DNA from: Campylobacterales bacterium
GTDB lineage: Bacteria; Campylobacterota; Campylobacteria; Campylobacterales; Sulfurovaceae
Direction: 5' to 3'
Length of the DNA: 64,000 nt
NCBI GenBank assembly: GCA_014763895.1
Contig: JACXUM010000003.1
Location: forward strand, 13,429-77,428
The notes below the pieces were generated by a model, which had not been told where the DNA came from, made no database searches, and was given only the letters and a program-made list of their open reading frames with translations. A program made the translations under genes and the position numbers. Positions 10,434 to 20,528 of this stretch are shown one piece after another. The stretch's first letter is position 1, and each line of letters begins with the position of its first letter.

Positions 10434-10799
10434 ATGATGAATCGTAAGATCTATCTCATGACACTTATCGGTCTTTCTATGACAGCATGTACACCCAATA
10501 TGAATCTTTCTGGACCATCATCATCTGCTACCAAGCAGCATAGAATTGAACAACCTACCCCTGAAAAATTGGAACGCTATCAACAAAAAATGATGGAAGT
10601 CGCATCAAGAATTCCGAATGATCCAAAATATAATCGTATAGCGCTGGATACGCCTGAGAAGAAAGAATGGTTTAAAAATCTAACCTATAGACTTTGGGAC
10701 AGACAGATCACCAGATATGACTTTATGTCTGAAGGATTATCAAAATATCCGATTCATCGTTATGAATTTGAATTTGTCATTCGTGGTTTCAATCTTTGA
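10434..10799 (+). CDS. lipoprotein of unknown function
   Basis: Trimmed to ATG 10434 behind AAAGGAG; LIGLSMTAC lipobox. Confidence 0.55.
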   Translation: MMNRKIYLMTLIGLSMTACTPNMNLSGPSSSATKQHRIEQPTPEKLERYQQKMMEVASRIPNDPKYNRIALDTPEKKEWFKNLTYRLWDRQITRYDFMSEGLSKYPIHRYEFEFVIRGFNL

Positions 10800-10824
10800 T
10801 GAAATAAAGATTTTTCCTAATCTG

Positions 10825-11502
10825 TTATTGCTTATAGGGGATAGGATCTTTTATCCCTGCATTTTCAAAACCTCGAAGTCTCAACCTGCAGCTGTCACAG
10901 ACTCCGCAGGCTTCATCTTCGTTTTGATAACAGCTCCAGGTATGTTCAAGATGTACTCCCAACCCAATGGCTTTTTGAACGATCTGTGTTTTACTTAACC
11001 TGACTAAAGGCATTTTTATCTGGATATTCGTCTCGTTCTTTGTTCCAAGATTGATCGCTTTTTCCATTTGCTGTATGTAGCTTTCTCTGCAATCTGGATA
11101 ACCGCTGCTATCCTCTTCCACTACGCCGATAAAAAGTGCCTGAGCGCCGTGTTTCTCTGCAATTGCCGCTGCAATGGAAAGGAAGATACCGTTTCTAAAC
11201 GGTACGTACGTTACAGGAACACCCGGTTCAAGCCCGGCAGTAGGCACAGCGATGTTTTTATCGGTCAGTGCTGATGCACCGATCTGTTCAAAGAAATCCA
11301 GATCTATTTCGTAAGACTCGATAGCAGAAAGATCTTTGGCAATCAACCGGAAACATTCAAGCTCTTTGTTTTGAGTGCGCTGTTTGTAGTTAAAATGTAA
11401 AGCAATGATCTCATATCCCTCCATTTGTGCGATCTTAGCGCTCAAGGCACTATCCATCCCCCCAGAAATAATACATACTGCTCTCTTTCCCATTTTAACC
11501 AT
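10825..11502 (-). CDS. queC: 7-cyano-7-deazaguanine synthase
   Basis: [11 protein letters not shown]-loop; C-terminal Zn Cys cluster CYQ...CGVCDSC. Confidence 0.95.
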   Translation of the reverse strand: MVKMGKRAVCIISGGMDSALSAKIAQMEGYEIIALHFNYKQRTQNKELECFRLIAKDLSAIESYEIDLDFFEQIGASALTDKNIAVPTAGLEPGVPVTYVPFRNGIFLSIAAAIAEKHGAQALFIGVVEEDSSGYPDCRESYIQQMEKAINLGTKNETNIQIKMPLVRLSKTQIVQKAIGLGVHLEHTWSCYQNEDEACGVCDSCRLRLRGFENAGIKDPIPYKQ

Positions 11503-11549
11503 TCCGCTTTTTTAATCTCATTTTACCAAGATTTAGGTAAACTTAGACC

Positions 11550-11975
11550 ATGCTAATAGAATTAGAAAATCAAACATCATTACCATGTGAGATGAAAGTA
11601 TTGGAAGAGATTGCTTGCTCACTTACCTCAAGACCCGTCGAGCTGATCATTACCGACAATGCCACAATACAGGAGCTTAACAGGGAGCATCGCAATAAAG
11701 ATAAACCTACCGATGTTCTCAGTTTCCCTATTGAAGCTGATTTTGGAGAGTTACCGTTAGGTTCTATCGTCATCTCCGATACCTTTGTGAGAGAAAAAGC
11801 AGAGCAATACGGCCATTCCATTCAAGATGAACTCACACTGCTTTTCATTCATGGGTTGCTTCATCTGCTCGGCTATGATCATGAATGCGATAACGGCGAA
11901 ATGCGTAAAAAAGAAGAGGAGATCATACACTCCTTTGGATTACCATCCAGTCTCATTGTAAGAACAGAAGGATAA
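11550..11975 (+). CDS. ybeY: rRNA maturation endoribonuclease YbeY
   Basis: 141 aa; HGLLHLLGYDH metal-binding motif. Confidence 0.95.
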   Translation: MLIELENQTSLPCEMKVLEEIACSLTSRPVELIITDNATIQELNREHRNKDKPTDVLSFPIEADFGELPLGSIVISDTFVREKAEQYGHSIQDELTLLFIHGLLHLLGYDHECDNGEMRKKEEEIIHSFGLPSSLIVRTEG

Positions 11976-11982
11976 GAATCAT

Positions 11983-12927
11983 ATGAACTTCGTTATCTTC
12001 GTGATTGCGATGGGGGCTTTAACGTGGGGTGCCCAGTTGCTCATAGGGCAAAGTGAACGTATCGCACTTAAACTGAAGATATCGGAGTTTATTATCGGTG
12101 CTACGCTCATCGCACTTGGTACAAGCCTTCCGGAAATGGGTTCGAGTATCGCTGCCAGCTATGTAAACAAACCGCAGATTGCCATTGCCAATGTGATCGG
12201 AAGCAATATTATCAATATCACTCTTGTTCTGGCTTCTGTTTTTCTGATCGCCACCAAAATGAATCCAAGTAGAGATTTTTTTGCAAAAGACAGCACCTGG
12301 GCATTGTTACCTGCATTAATATTTCTTTTGATGATCCTAGATGGGTCAATCACGAGATTTGATGGGGCACTTTTATTGCTGCTGATGGGAGCATATATTT
12401 TATTTTTGATGCAAGATGCAAAAAACCTTGTAGAAGAACATATTGAAGAGCATATAGAAGAGATCGATATACGTAAGTTTTCCTGGACCAAGACATTTTT
12501 AATGATTCTCGGTGCATTGATATTGATTGTAATCGGTGCCCATTTTACAATTGAAAGTGCATCAGAGATCGCTAAAACTTTCGGTGTCAGCGAATGGACT
12601 ATCGGGATCGTGTTGGTTGCGTTAGGAACTTCACTACCCGAATTTGTTATCAGTATTACTGCATCATTCAAAGGGAAGATTGATATGGCAATCGGTAATA
12701 TTATCGGATCCAATATGGCAAATACCTCGGTTGTGCTGGGTACTGCTGCTCTCACAAAACCAATGCCGATAGATGGAATGAGCTATATTTTTGATATCGC
12801 TACGATGATCGTCGCAACTTTTTTATTGGTATTCATTATGGCAACCAAGCTTTATAACAAATCTGCAGGTATCGGTCTTATCATTATCTTAGGGCTATTT
12901 TTAAATAATACCTTGCAGCATCTATAA
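11983..12927 (+). CDS. Ca2+/Na+ antiporter (CaCA/YrbG family)
   Basis: 314 aa polytopic; two alpha-repeats GTSLPE...GNVIGSNI and GTSLPEF...GNIIGSNM. Confidence 0.9.
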   Translation: MNFVIFVIAMGALTWGAQLLIGQSERIALKLKISEFIIGATLIALGTSLPEMGSSIAASYVNKPQIAIANVIGSNIINITLVLASVFLIATKMNPSRDFFAKDSTWALLPALIFLLMILDGSITRFDGALLLLLMGAYILFLMQDAKNLVEEHIEEHIEEIDIRKFSWTKTFLMILGALILIVIGAHFTIESASEIAKTFGVSEWTIGIVLVALGTSLPEFVISITASFKGKIDMAIGNIIGSNMANTSVVLGTAALTKPMPIDGMSYIFDIATMIVATFLLVFIMATKLYNKSAGIGLIIILGLFLNNTLQHL

Positions 12928-12946
12928 TTGATTAAGAATTTATCGA

Positions 12947-14734
12947 TTACGGATTTTTGAAATATCCGTGTTGGTAGAGCCATTTGTAGATATCAGCAGC
13001 AATTGGACCTGCAGCACTTCCTCCATGCCCGCCATGTTCGACCAATACGGTTACCACATATTGAGGGTCATCATATGGTGCATAGGTCGTAATCCAAGCA
13101 TGTGAACGATGGAAATAGGCCAACTGCTCTTCTTTGAGCCTCTTGACTGTTGCTTGCGAGATGGCCGTTACCTGTGAAGTCCCCGTCTTACCTGCAACCA
13201 CGACAGGCAATTTGCTCATTGTGGCAAATGCTGTTCCTCCCGGTATATTACACACATCATACATCCCTTTTCGAATTTCACTCAGATAGCGAGGATTAAA
13301 AGAAATTGGCTTAATCGTCGCATTGACCTCTTTATCATCTATTTTTTTAGCGATATGCGGCGTCAAAAGATTCGATGTCGCAACAAGAGCCGTATAGCGT
13401 GCCAACTGCATCGGTGTTATAAGATCATACCCCTGCCCGATGGAGGCGATAACAGTCTCTCCAAGATACCATGGCTGTTTATAGCGTTTCATTTTCCATT
13501 CTTTATCTGGGATAACGCCTGCGAACTCTAATGGTAAATCAATACCTGTTTTAACACCCAGACCGAAAGATCTTAGATATTTAGCCATCGCATCGATACC
13601 GACTTTCAAACTTTTATTGTAAAAATAGACGTCACAGCTCTCACGGATGGCCCGTCTGAGATCGACCGATCCATGTCCCCATGTCGCCCAACATCGAAAT
13701 TTATGGCTGCTTTTCCCAAGTGTGATATGACCGCTGCAAAATTCATTGGTATCAAGAATGCCCTCTTTGGCTTTCGAAAATGCCAGAGCCATTCCCATCT
13801 TGATGGTTGAACCCGGGGGATAGGTTCCATGGATCAATTTATTGGTAAAGGGATGGTTCACATCCTCCTGAAGTGCTTTCCAATCCTTGCTGCTGATCCC
13901 TCCAACAAACAGATTTGGATCAAAACTCGGATAGCTTACTGCTGCAAGTACATCTCCATTGGTTCGCATCACGATCGCTACACCAGCATCATTTCCAAAG
14001 CGTTCATAGATCATCTTTTGAAGATCTATATCAAGATTGAGTGTGAGGTTTTTATTATCCTTTGGCTCTTCCTTTTCCAAAACATCAACGGTTTGATTGG
14101 TTGCGGTTACCTTATTGATCTCGTAGCCGAGTTTACCCTCAAGCACATCATTGTAATACTTTTCAAGTCCGCTCTTTCCGACTTTGCCTACTTCGTTTAC
14201 CACCGAATCGGCATTGTTTTCAGCTTCATTGGATTTACCGGTGTAACCGACAATATGCGCACTGTATTTTCCGTAAGGATAGTAACGTTTTGTTTCTGCC
14301 TCGATATGAATCTCTGGAATCAGACTTAATCTGGGATAGGCACCCATCATATCGGGATAATGGATAAAATCAACTACTTTGATAAACTTGTGGTTATAAG
14401 GCGAATTGTTTTTTTTATAAACTTTCATCATGACGGTTTGATTGAGGTCCGGGAAGGTGTTGACAAGCGTATTGACAACAGCCTTTAGTACCGGAGAATT
14501 CTGCTTTAAATGCGGTTTGATAGAGATTGAAAAACCGATCTGGTTCATCGCAAGCAGATTGCCGTGAATATCCACTATCTCACCGCGTACCGGTTTGATA
14601 AACTGTTTTCTTTCTATGTTCTCTTTTGCCAATTCCTGATAATAAAAATTGGATTTGATGCTGACATGGTAAAGCCTGGCGATCATGACTCCCCAAAAAA
14701 TCAAAAAAATTGCAATCGTAAGCTTATATCTCAT
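12947..14734 (-). CDS. mrdA: penicillin-binding protein 2 (elongation transpeptidase)
   Basis: 595 aa; N-terminal anchor, SxxK (GSTIK), KTGT (AGKTGTSQV) motifs. Confidence 0.93.
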   Translation of the reverse strand: MRYKLTIAIFLIFWGVMIARLYHVSIKSNFYYQELAKENIERKQFIKPVRGEIVDIHGNLLAMNQIGFSISIKPHLKQNSPVLKAVVNTLVNTFPDLNQTVMMKVYKKNNSPYNHKFIKVVDFIHYPDMMGAYPRLSLIPEIHIEAETKRYYPYGKYSAHIVGYTGKSNEAENNADSVVNEVGKVGKSGLEKYYNDVLEGKLGYEINKVTATNQTVDVLEKEEPKDNKNLTLNLDIDLQKMIYERFGNDAGVAIVMRTNGDVLAAVSYPSFDPNLFVGGISSKDWKALQEDVNHPFTNKLIHGTYPPGSTIKMGMALAFSKAKEGILDTNEFCSGHITLGKSSHKFRCWATWGHGSVDLRRAIRESCDVYFYNKSLKVGIDAMAKYLRSFGLGVKTGIDLPLEFAGVIPDKEWKMKRYKQPWYLGETVIASIGQGYDLITPMQLARYTALVATSNLLTPHIAKKIDDKEVNATIKPISFNPRYLSEIRKGMYDVCNIPGGTAFATMSKLPVVVAGKTGTSQVTAISQATVKRLKEEQLAYFHRSHAWITTYAPYDDPQYVVTVLVEHGGHGGSAAGPIAADIYKWLYQHGYFKNP

Positions 14735-15186
14735 AATAAACTCACCACCAGTAGATCAACGATAAAAGAGTAAACCAAAAGCAGATCCAAAATTACGCTT
14801 GTCTTTTGAAATAAAAAATCATATGAAAGCAACATTCCCAAATAAACCCCATCCAACAACAATACAGTAATCAACCGCGAACACATCAAACATCTTCTAA
14901 AATGTTTCAGATAAGGAAAGAAGAGAACATAGACCAATAATACTGAGATCAATGTTAGAAAAAACGGTAATGAAAGATTTGCTTCAAGATTGATAAAATA
15001 AAAAGAAGCAACCAAGACATACTTGATCTTCCCCTTTTCAATCCCGTCAATAAGCATATACCCCATAAGACCTATCAATAGCGGTAAAAAAACATAAATC
15101 GAGATAAGCATCGGATAGAAAAGAATAAAAAACAGTGTGAATATCCATACTATTGGCCGTTGCAAAAAAAGATACAAACCATCCAT
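14731..15186 (-). CDS. polytopic membrane protein, MreD-like by position
   Basis: 151 aa, about 5 TM; 4-nt overlap with mrdA start; family call from position only. Confidence 0.4.
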   Translation of the reverse strand: MDGLYLFLQRPIVWIFTLFFILFYPMLISIYVFLPLLIGLMGYMLIDGIEKGKIKYVLVASFYFINLEANLSLPFFLTLISVLLVYVLFFPYLKHFRRCLMCSRLITVLLLDGVYLGMLLSYDFLFQKTSVILDLLLVYSFIVDLLVVSLL

Positions 15187-15205
15187 GCTATCTACAGATC
15201 ACCTT

Positions 15206-15670
15206 CTAAGACAATTTATAGATCAATGCAACTTCATTGCATACAGGAAAATGAATACACTTGATACAATCTGCCCATATCTTATGTTCAGGAATCACTT
15301 CTTTATTAATCTGGTGAAACCCCAATTTTTCAAAAAATCCGGGGACATAAGTAAGTACCAAAACATCCTCTGCTACTTTGAGCGCTTTTGCCTCTTCCAA
15401 CGTGAATTGGACCATTTTCTGCCCGATCTTGTGACCCCTATAATCCTTATCTACGATCAAACTTCGTATTTCTGCAAGACGTCTTGAATGGATATGAAGT
15501 GCCGTATATCCGACAAGTTTGCCATCATCTTTTGCCAATACATATGAACGGATATTGGTTGCTACTTCATCCTCACTTCGATTAAGAATAACACCGCTTT
15601 TGACTTCATCAGCCACCAGTGCCTGCATTTGAGGGATATCATCCAAAGTTGCTTTTACCAAAGAGATCAC
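15206..15670 (-). CDS. GNAT N-acetyltransferase (short N-acetylglutamate-synthase-like)
   Basis: 154 aa; acetyl-CoA motif RGHKIGQKMV; C-terminal Cys pattern CIKC...C typical of COG1246-type enzymes (recalled). Confidence 0.75.
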   Translation of the reverse strand: MISLVKATLDDIPQMQALVADEVKSGVILNRSEDEVATNIRSYVLAKDDGKLVGYTALHIHSRRLAEIRSLIVDKDYRGHKIGQKMVQFTLEEAKALKVAEDVLVLTYVPGFFEKLGFHQINKEVIPEHKIWADCIKCIHFPVCNEVALIYKLS

Positions 15671-15671
15671 T

Positions 15672-16286
15672 TCATACTCCTTCTTCTATCCCAAATATGG
15701 TCTTAAGTATCTCAAAATGCACTCTCTCGTATCCGCTTTTTTTAAGATTGGAAAGCGTGATGCATCCTGGAAAATCATTTTTTAGCTTTGCACGTTCTTT
15801 TTGATTGAGCTTATCAATTTTTGTAAAGATCGTAATATAACGCTGATCAGGACGAATAAACTCTTTGATGTACTTTTCGACATCCTCATCGATCTTTGCA
15901 TGGGGATGACGTGCATCACGCAAATGGATGAAGAGACGAATGGAAACACGGTTTTGTATAAATTCCACCAAATTTTTCTGCCAAATCTCTTTAAGTGATT
16001 TAGAGACTTTCGCGTAACCAAATCCTGGCAGATCCACAAAACGGACGGGATAATCCTGTTCATTATAATGGTAACGTGTTTCAAAAAAATTGATCAACTG
16101 TGTCTTACCCGGTGTCGCCGAACTTTTTGCAAGATTCTTTCTATTGGTCAGAGAATTGAGTGTTGAACTTTTCCCTACATTTGAACGCCCCAAAAAGACA
16201 ACTTCACTCATATTCTCCGGCAAACTGTCGGCGATACTCTGTGCAGATTTGACAAAGACTGCGTCTATGATACGAGGCGTACTCAT
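15672..16286 (-). CDS. engB: ribosome-biogenesis GTPase YihA/EngB
   Basis: GRSNVGKSS G1, DLPGFG G3, TKIDK G4. Confidence 0.93.
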   Translation of the reverse strand: MSTPRIIDAVFVKSAQSIADSLPENMSEVVFLGRSNVGKSSTLNSLTNRKNLAKSSATPGKTQLINFFETRYHYNEQDYPVRFVDLPGFGYAKVSKSLKEIWQKNLVEFIQNRVSIRLFIHLRDARHPHAKIDEDVEKYIKEFIRPDQRYITIFTKIDKLNQKERAKLKNDFPGCITLSNLKKSGYERVHFEILKTIFGIEEGV

Positions 16287-16747
16287 TTTCCCTCCTCCAG
16301 ATCAAAGATAAACTTAACCGGTTTTGCTTTATTGCCCTTCACATCAGCATGGCCTGTGCGAATATCAAGCGTGATCATATCTCCATCAATATGGCGTTTG
16401 TTTGCAAGGTCATCGATCACTGCTTTACCCTGCAGCTCATAATAGGATTTTTGCGGATAATATTTCACGATCTGAGCACTGCCCTTATAAAAGTTCTTTT
16501 CATTTTTAAATTCAAACTCAACTGCTCCGCTTGCTTCATACATTTTAGTCTTATTATTGTCATCAAAATAGACAATCACCTTTTGCGAATGAAGCCAGCT
16601 GCCAGGCTGTTGTATTTTGACATTCCCCATAAAATGGACCTCTTTTTTAGATTCGAGTGCTTTCATTGATTCTGAAGTGATCTCTACCTTTTCAGCCAAA
16701 AGAAATGAACTAAACAATACTAAAATCAACCATCTTAAACTATGCAA
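16283..16747 (-). CDS. lptA: LPS transport periplasmic protein LptA (OstA-like)
   Basis: 154 aa with signal peptide, beta-jellyroll-type repeats; kdsC-lptC-lptA synteny; 4-nt overlap with engB. Confidence 0.75.
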   Translation of the reverse strand: MHSLRWLILVLFSSFLLAEKVEITSESMKALESKKEVHFMGNVKIQQPGSWLHSQKVIVYFDDNNKTKMYEASGAVEFEFKNEKNFYKGSAQIVKYYPQKSYYELQGKAVIDDLANKRHIDGDMITLDIRTGHADVKGNKAKPVKFIFDLEEGK

Positions 16748-16787
16748 TCCAACACCTTTTAAAAAATCAGGTTATTGTACCATGATA

Positions 16788-17300
16788 TTACTTGCTGACC
16801 GTATAAACAATGGCATCTATAGCCATTGCCGACGCTTCTTTTTTAACCGTATCATAAACCAGCGATGTGCCTTTTATAGTATTCTCATTCAGTTTTGCAG
16901 TGAATGGTGAAGTTATTTCCAGTATTTTAGAATTTTTATCATAAACAGCATGTTCTGCACTATATTCAAAACCTTCTTTTTGTCTCATGAATACATCACC
17001 ATCCAAAAAGATTTTTTCTTGGTCATATCTGCCTAGCCTAGCACGTAAGATGTCGATGTTATCACTGTGGTAGCTTATCTGCTCCAACTTCAATGCACCG
17101 TTTTCTCTTACACCATATGTACTATGTACAATCGAGTGCAGTGTTGAAGTATCTGTCTCTATGAATGTCGTATCGGTAAATTCCAGTTCTTTTTTTGATA
17201 AACGTTTTTTAATATCAATATCGGTTACTTTTACATTCAGGATAAAACCCACCATCAAAATAATGGTGATCACAAGGATATGTTCTAATCTTATGCCCAT
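16788..17300 (-). CDS. lptC: LptC-like LPS export protein
   Basis: 170 aa, single N-terminal TM; position between kdsC and lptA; overlaps kdsC end. Confidence 0.6.
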   Translation of the reverse strand: MGIRLEHILVITIILMVGFILNVKVTDIDIKKRLSKKELEFTDTTFIETDTSTLHSIVHSTYGVRENGALKLEQISYHSDNIDILRARLGRYDQEKIFLDGDVFMRQKEGFEYSAEHAVYDKNSKILEITSPFTAKLNENTIKGTSLVYDTVKKEASAMAIDAIVYTVSK

Positions 17301-17788
17301 AATGCCAGATATTTTGCCTCAAGGCCCTCTTTTTTGATCAGATATTCGATCATTTCACGTACCGCACCGTCACCGCCTCTTTTGCTTAACACCACCGTAG
17401 CGATCTTATCCACATAAGCACTCGCATCTTGCGGGACAAAAGAAATCTTTGCGGCCTTAAGCATCGAGAGATCATTAAGGTCATCCCCGATCGCTGCTAC
17501 GTTTTCCATACTTAAATCAAGCATTTTAAGAAGTTTTTCCAGCATCTCTTTTTTATTCTCAACGCCCTGATAAAAATGTTCTATATGCAGCTCTTTGGCA
17601 CGTCTGGCTACGATATTTGAACTTCTACCGGTAATGATAGCAACCTGCTTGCCCAACTTTTTCCAACTGGCTATCGCCAATCCATCCTTCACATTGAAAG
17701 ACTTGATCTCATCACCCGTTTCACTATAGGTGATATGGCTATTGGTCATCGTACCGTCTACGTCCAATACGATCAGTTCGATACTCAC
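17291..17788 (-). CDS. kdsC: 3-deoxy-D-manno-octulosonate 8-phosphate phosphatase
   Basis: HAD motifs LDVDGTMT, ITGR, GDDLND. Confidence 0.92.
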   Translation of the reverse strand: MSIELIVLDVDGTMTNSHITYSETGDEIKSFNVKDGLAIASWKKLGKQVAIITGRSSNIVARRAKELHIEHFYQGVENKKEMLEKLLKMLDLSMENVAAIGDDLNDLSMLKAAKISFVPQDASAYVDKIATVVLSKRGGDGAVREMIEYLIKKEGLEAKYLALWA

Positions 17789-18357
17789 AGTACCCCCTTT
17801 GTACTCGGGATACCTGCTTTTTCATTGATCGCAATGGCCCGTCTGAATGCGACTGCAAGGGCTTTGAACGCAGCCTCGATGATATGATGCTTGTTCTTGC
17901 CCCTATTGTAGATTAAATGCAGTGTTAGCGGCGTATTGAAAGCCAATGCCCTAAAGAACTCTTCGACCAACTCCGTATCAAACGTACCAACCTTGCCGCC
18001 TACGGGAAGTTCAAATACAAGAAAACCCCGGTTGGATACATCGATATCGCAGCTTACGCTTGCTTCATCCATCACAACCGTAGCATTTCCATACCGTTCA
18101 ATGCTCTGTACCGGATAGATCGCTTTATGGATCGCCTGCCCGATCGCAATACCAACATCCTCAACACTGTGGTGATCATCGATATGCGTATCGCCTTTAC
18201 AGCTCACTTCCATATCGATATGTGCATGTTTAGCAAAAGCTTCAAGCATATGGTCAAAAAAGCCAACACCTGTATCTATTTTAGCCTTTCCGGTACCATA
18301 AACATTGAGCTTCACACAGATATCTGTCTCTTTTGTCTTTCTGCATATTTCTATCAT
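17785..18357 (-). CDS. hisB: imidazoleglycerol-phosphate dehydratase
   Basis: 190 aa; TKETDI, GFFDHML, DDHHSVED motifs. Confidence 0.96.
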   Translation of the reverse strand: MIEICRKTKETDICVKLNVYGTGKAKIDTGVGFFDHMLEAFAKHAHIDMEVSCKGDTHIDDHHSVEDVGIAIGQAIHKAIYPVQSIERYGNATVVMDEASVSCDIDVSNRGFLVFELPVGGKVGTFDTELVEEFFRALAFNTPLTLHLIYNRGKNKHHIIEAAFKALAVAFRRAIAINEKAGIPSTKGVL

Positions 18358-18371
18358 TTATACTCCATGAT

Positions 18372-19160
18372 TTAATTTCTTATGATAAATGCGCCGCTAA
18401 GATCATGACATAGGATGAAATCTTTAGCTTCATCTTCAGATTTGAATCCCATCATCCATACCCGATAAAGCGGTGCTCCGTCTACATCATCAAACCGTTT
18501 GATGATAGGCTGATATCGTTTATCCAATGCAGCATATTGCCGTTTATAGATCTGCGCTCCTTCATACCTTCTGAAAGCACCTACTTGAACGCCAAAATCT
18601 GTCAGCACGATACGTTGAACTTTGTGCTCCCTGATACTCTTTGCGATCATAGCATCAGATTGGATCTGTCCTGCAAATCCGATAACTTTAAGCTTTACCC
18701 TGGCGATACCCGTCCGATCAAGACCAAGTCTTTTACCCGCCGCATAACTGCAATCGATGATCCTTCCCTGCACAAAAGGACCTCTATCATTGATACGGAC
18801 AATCGTACTGGTACCATTATCCATATTTTTAACCTTCACCATTGTATCCATCGGCCAGGTTTTATGGGCTGCTGTCATACCATTCATATTATAGATTTCT
18901 CCGTTACTGGTCATCTTCCCGTGAAAATTAGGCCCGTACCAGCTGGATATCCCTTTCATTGTCTGCCCAACACTGACATATGTGGGCTTATAGGTCTTGC
19001 CAAGTACACAGTACTCCCTCATCGTTGCCCTATGGCGCGCTGCACTGGTAAACTTACTGCCTCCTGACTTATAAACACCTTCTTTCTGGGAACAGCCTGT
19101 AGTTAAAAACAGTGAAATGACAAGCATCAAAAGAGCATAATGAACCGATACCTTTTTCAT
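18372..19160 (-). CDS. rlpA: septal ring lytic transglycosylase RlpA lipoprotein (DPBB + SPOR)
   Basis: Lipobox LTTGC; SWYGPNFHGKMTSNGE...VRINDRGPF DPBB domain; C-terminal SPOR-like VQVGAF. Confidence 0.9.
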   Translation of the reverse strand: MKKVSVHYALLMLVISLFLTTGCSQKEGVYKSGGSKFTSAARHRATMREYCVLGKTYKPTYVSVGQTMKGISSWYGPNFHGKMTSNGEIYNMNGMTAAHKTWPMDTMVKVKNMDNGTSTIVRINDRGPFVQGRIIDCSYAAGKRLGLDRTGIARVKLKVIGFAGQIQSDAMIAKSIREHKVQRIVLTDFGVQVGAFRRYEGAQIYKRQYAALDKRYQPIIKRFDDVDGAPLYRVWMMGFKSEDEAKDFILCHDLSGAFIIRN

Positions 19161-19306
19161 AAGACCTCTACTCTATATATTAATATATATTATCACCATA
19201 TTTGACTTTATTTTACCTTTCCAAACTCCTTTTGATTGGGTTTGAACAATCTTAAAAAATGAAAATTCTGATACAATTTCGCAATCATTCATTTAGAAGG
19301 GCAGAT

Positions 19307-20287
19307 ATGCGCTATTTTTATCATTCATTTATCATCATGGCAGTAGGGCTTTTAGGAGCTTATTTTCTCGGTGGCGTATCGGCAGTCTATATCGCATTTT
19401 TGCTGATCGTGCTTGAGATATCACTCTCTTTTGACAATGCCGTGGTGAATGCCAAAGTCCTTGAAACCATGGATCCCGTATGGCAAAAACGGTTTATCGT
19501 TTTTGGTATTCCCATCGCCGTTTTTGGCATGAGGCTCCTCTTTCCTTTGGCTATCGTATCGGCAGTTACCGGCATGGGGCTCTTTGAAACCCTTGATATT
19601 GCGATGCATCAGCCAAAACTCTATGAGGAAACCCTTCAAAGTACCGAAACAACCATCTTTGCATTCGGTGGCGCTTTCTTGTTAATGGTCTTTTTGGATT
19701 TCTTTTTTGAAGACCATGATATCAAATGGGTAGCTTTTATCGAAGGTTCAAAACTGGTCCAGCATGTTTCAAGCGTAGCCAATATCGAGCTTATCCTTGC
19801 TATTTTTGTGGGTATTATGCTTGGGCATATGAGCCATGATTTTGGTATCGTAATGGCTTTTATGTACGGTGTATTGCTACATTCACTTTTGGGAACGCTT
19901 GACCATTTTCTATCATCAGATACGGTTAAAAGCGGTATAGCCGGGTTTATTTACCTTGAAGTGCTTGATGCCAGTTTCAGTTTTGACGGCGTGATCGGTG
20001 CATTTGCCCTTACCAGCGATATCTTTGTGATCATGATAGGTCTTGGTGTGGGAGCAATGTTCGTGCGAAGTCTCACCCTTTTCCTTGTCGAGCATAAAAC
20101 GCTTTCAGAGTATCGCTACCTTGAACACGGTGCGCACTATGCCATCGGTATTTTGGCATTTATTATGCTCATCAAGATCAATATAGAAGTGAGTGAGATC
20201 ATCACGGGAACGGTCGGTGTCGGTCTGATCGCCATTGCGTTTATCCATTCGCTTTGGGCAAATAAACAAGAAAACATGCAACGCTGA
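19307..20287 (+). CDS. TerC-related integral membrane protein (DUF475)
   Basis: Trimmed to ATG 19307; LEISLSFDNAVVNA and second repeat LEVLDASFSFDGVIGA. Confidence 0.75.
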   Translation: MRYFYHSFIIMAVGLLGAYFLGGVSAVYIAFLLIVLEISLSFDNAVVNAKVLETMDPVWQKRFIVFGIPIAVFGMRLLFPLAIVSAVTGMGLFETLDIAMHQPKLYEETLQSTETTIFAFGGAFLLMVFLDFFFEDHDIKWVAFIEGSKLVQHVSSVANIELILAIFVGIMLGHMSHDFGIVMAFMYGVLLHSLLGTLDHFLSSDTVKSGIAGFIYLEVLDASFSFDGVIGAFALTSDIFVIMIGLGVGAMFVRSLTLFLVEHKTLSEYRYLEHGAHYAIGILAFIMLIKINIEVSEIITGTVGVGLIAIAFIHSLWANKQENMQR

Positions 20288-20301
20288 TACTGGCGTTGTT
20301 T
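20279..20301 (+). terminator. rho-independent terminator of DUF475 gene
   Basis: CAACGC-tgatactg-GCGTTG followed by TTT; stop codon lies in the loop. Confidence 0.55.
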
Positions 20302-20528
20302 CAACATTCTCATCTACTTTGGAATATGCTAAAACGCTCTTGCAAAAAATCATAAAAATGATGTATGATAATTATTATTTTTAGATCAGTTTTTTGAGTG
20401 TATAAATGAGCTCAGTGTAATATCTCCACCTTACTTTGATCCCATTTATCTTTGGCAGAAGAAGTCTAAATTTCCTTTTAATACTTTCTTTCCTGGAAAA
20501 TGACAATATTGATCTAAAAGGAACCAAA

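Noticed and set aside
12159-12755. 198-aa ORF antisense to the CaCA antiporter gene. Similar long antisense ORFs lie at 13829..14329, 18537..19067, 25696..26247, 38259..38702 and 55938..56450.
   Set aside because: Each lies entirely inside a well-supported gene on the other strand. They have low-complexity or odd composition and no SD or family motifs. These are typical shadow ORFs.
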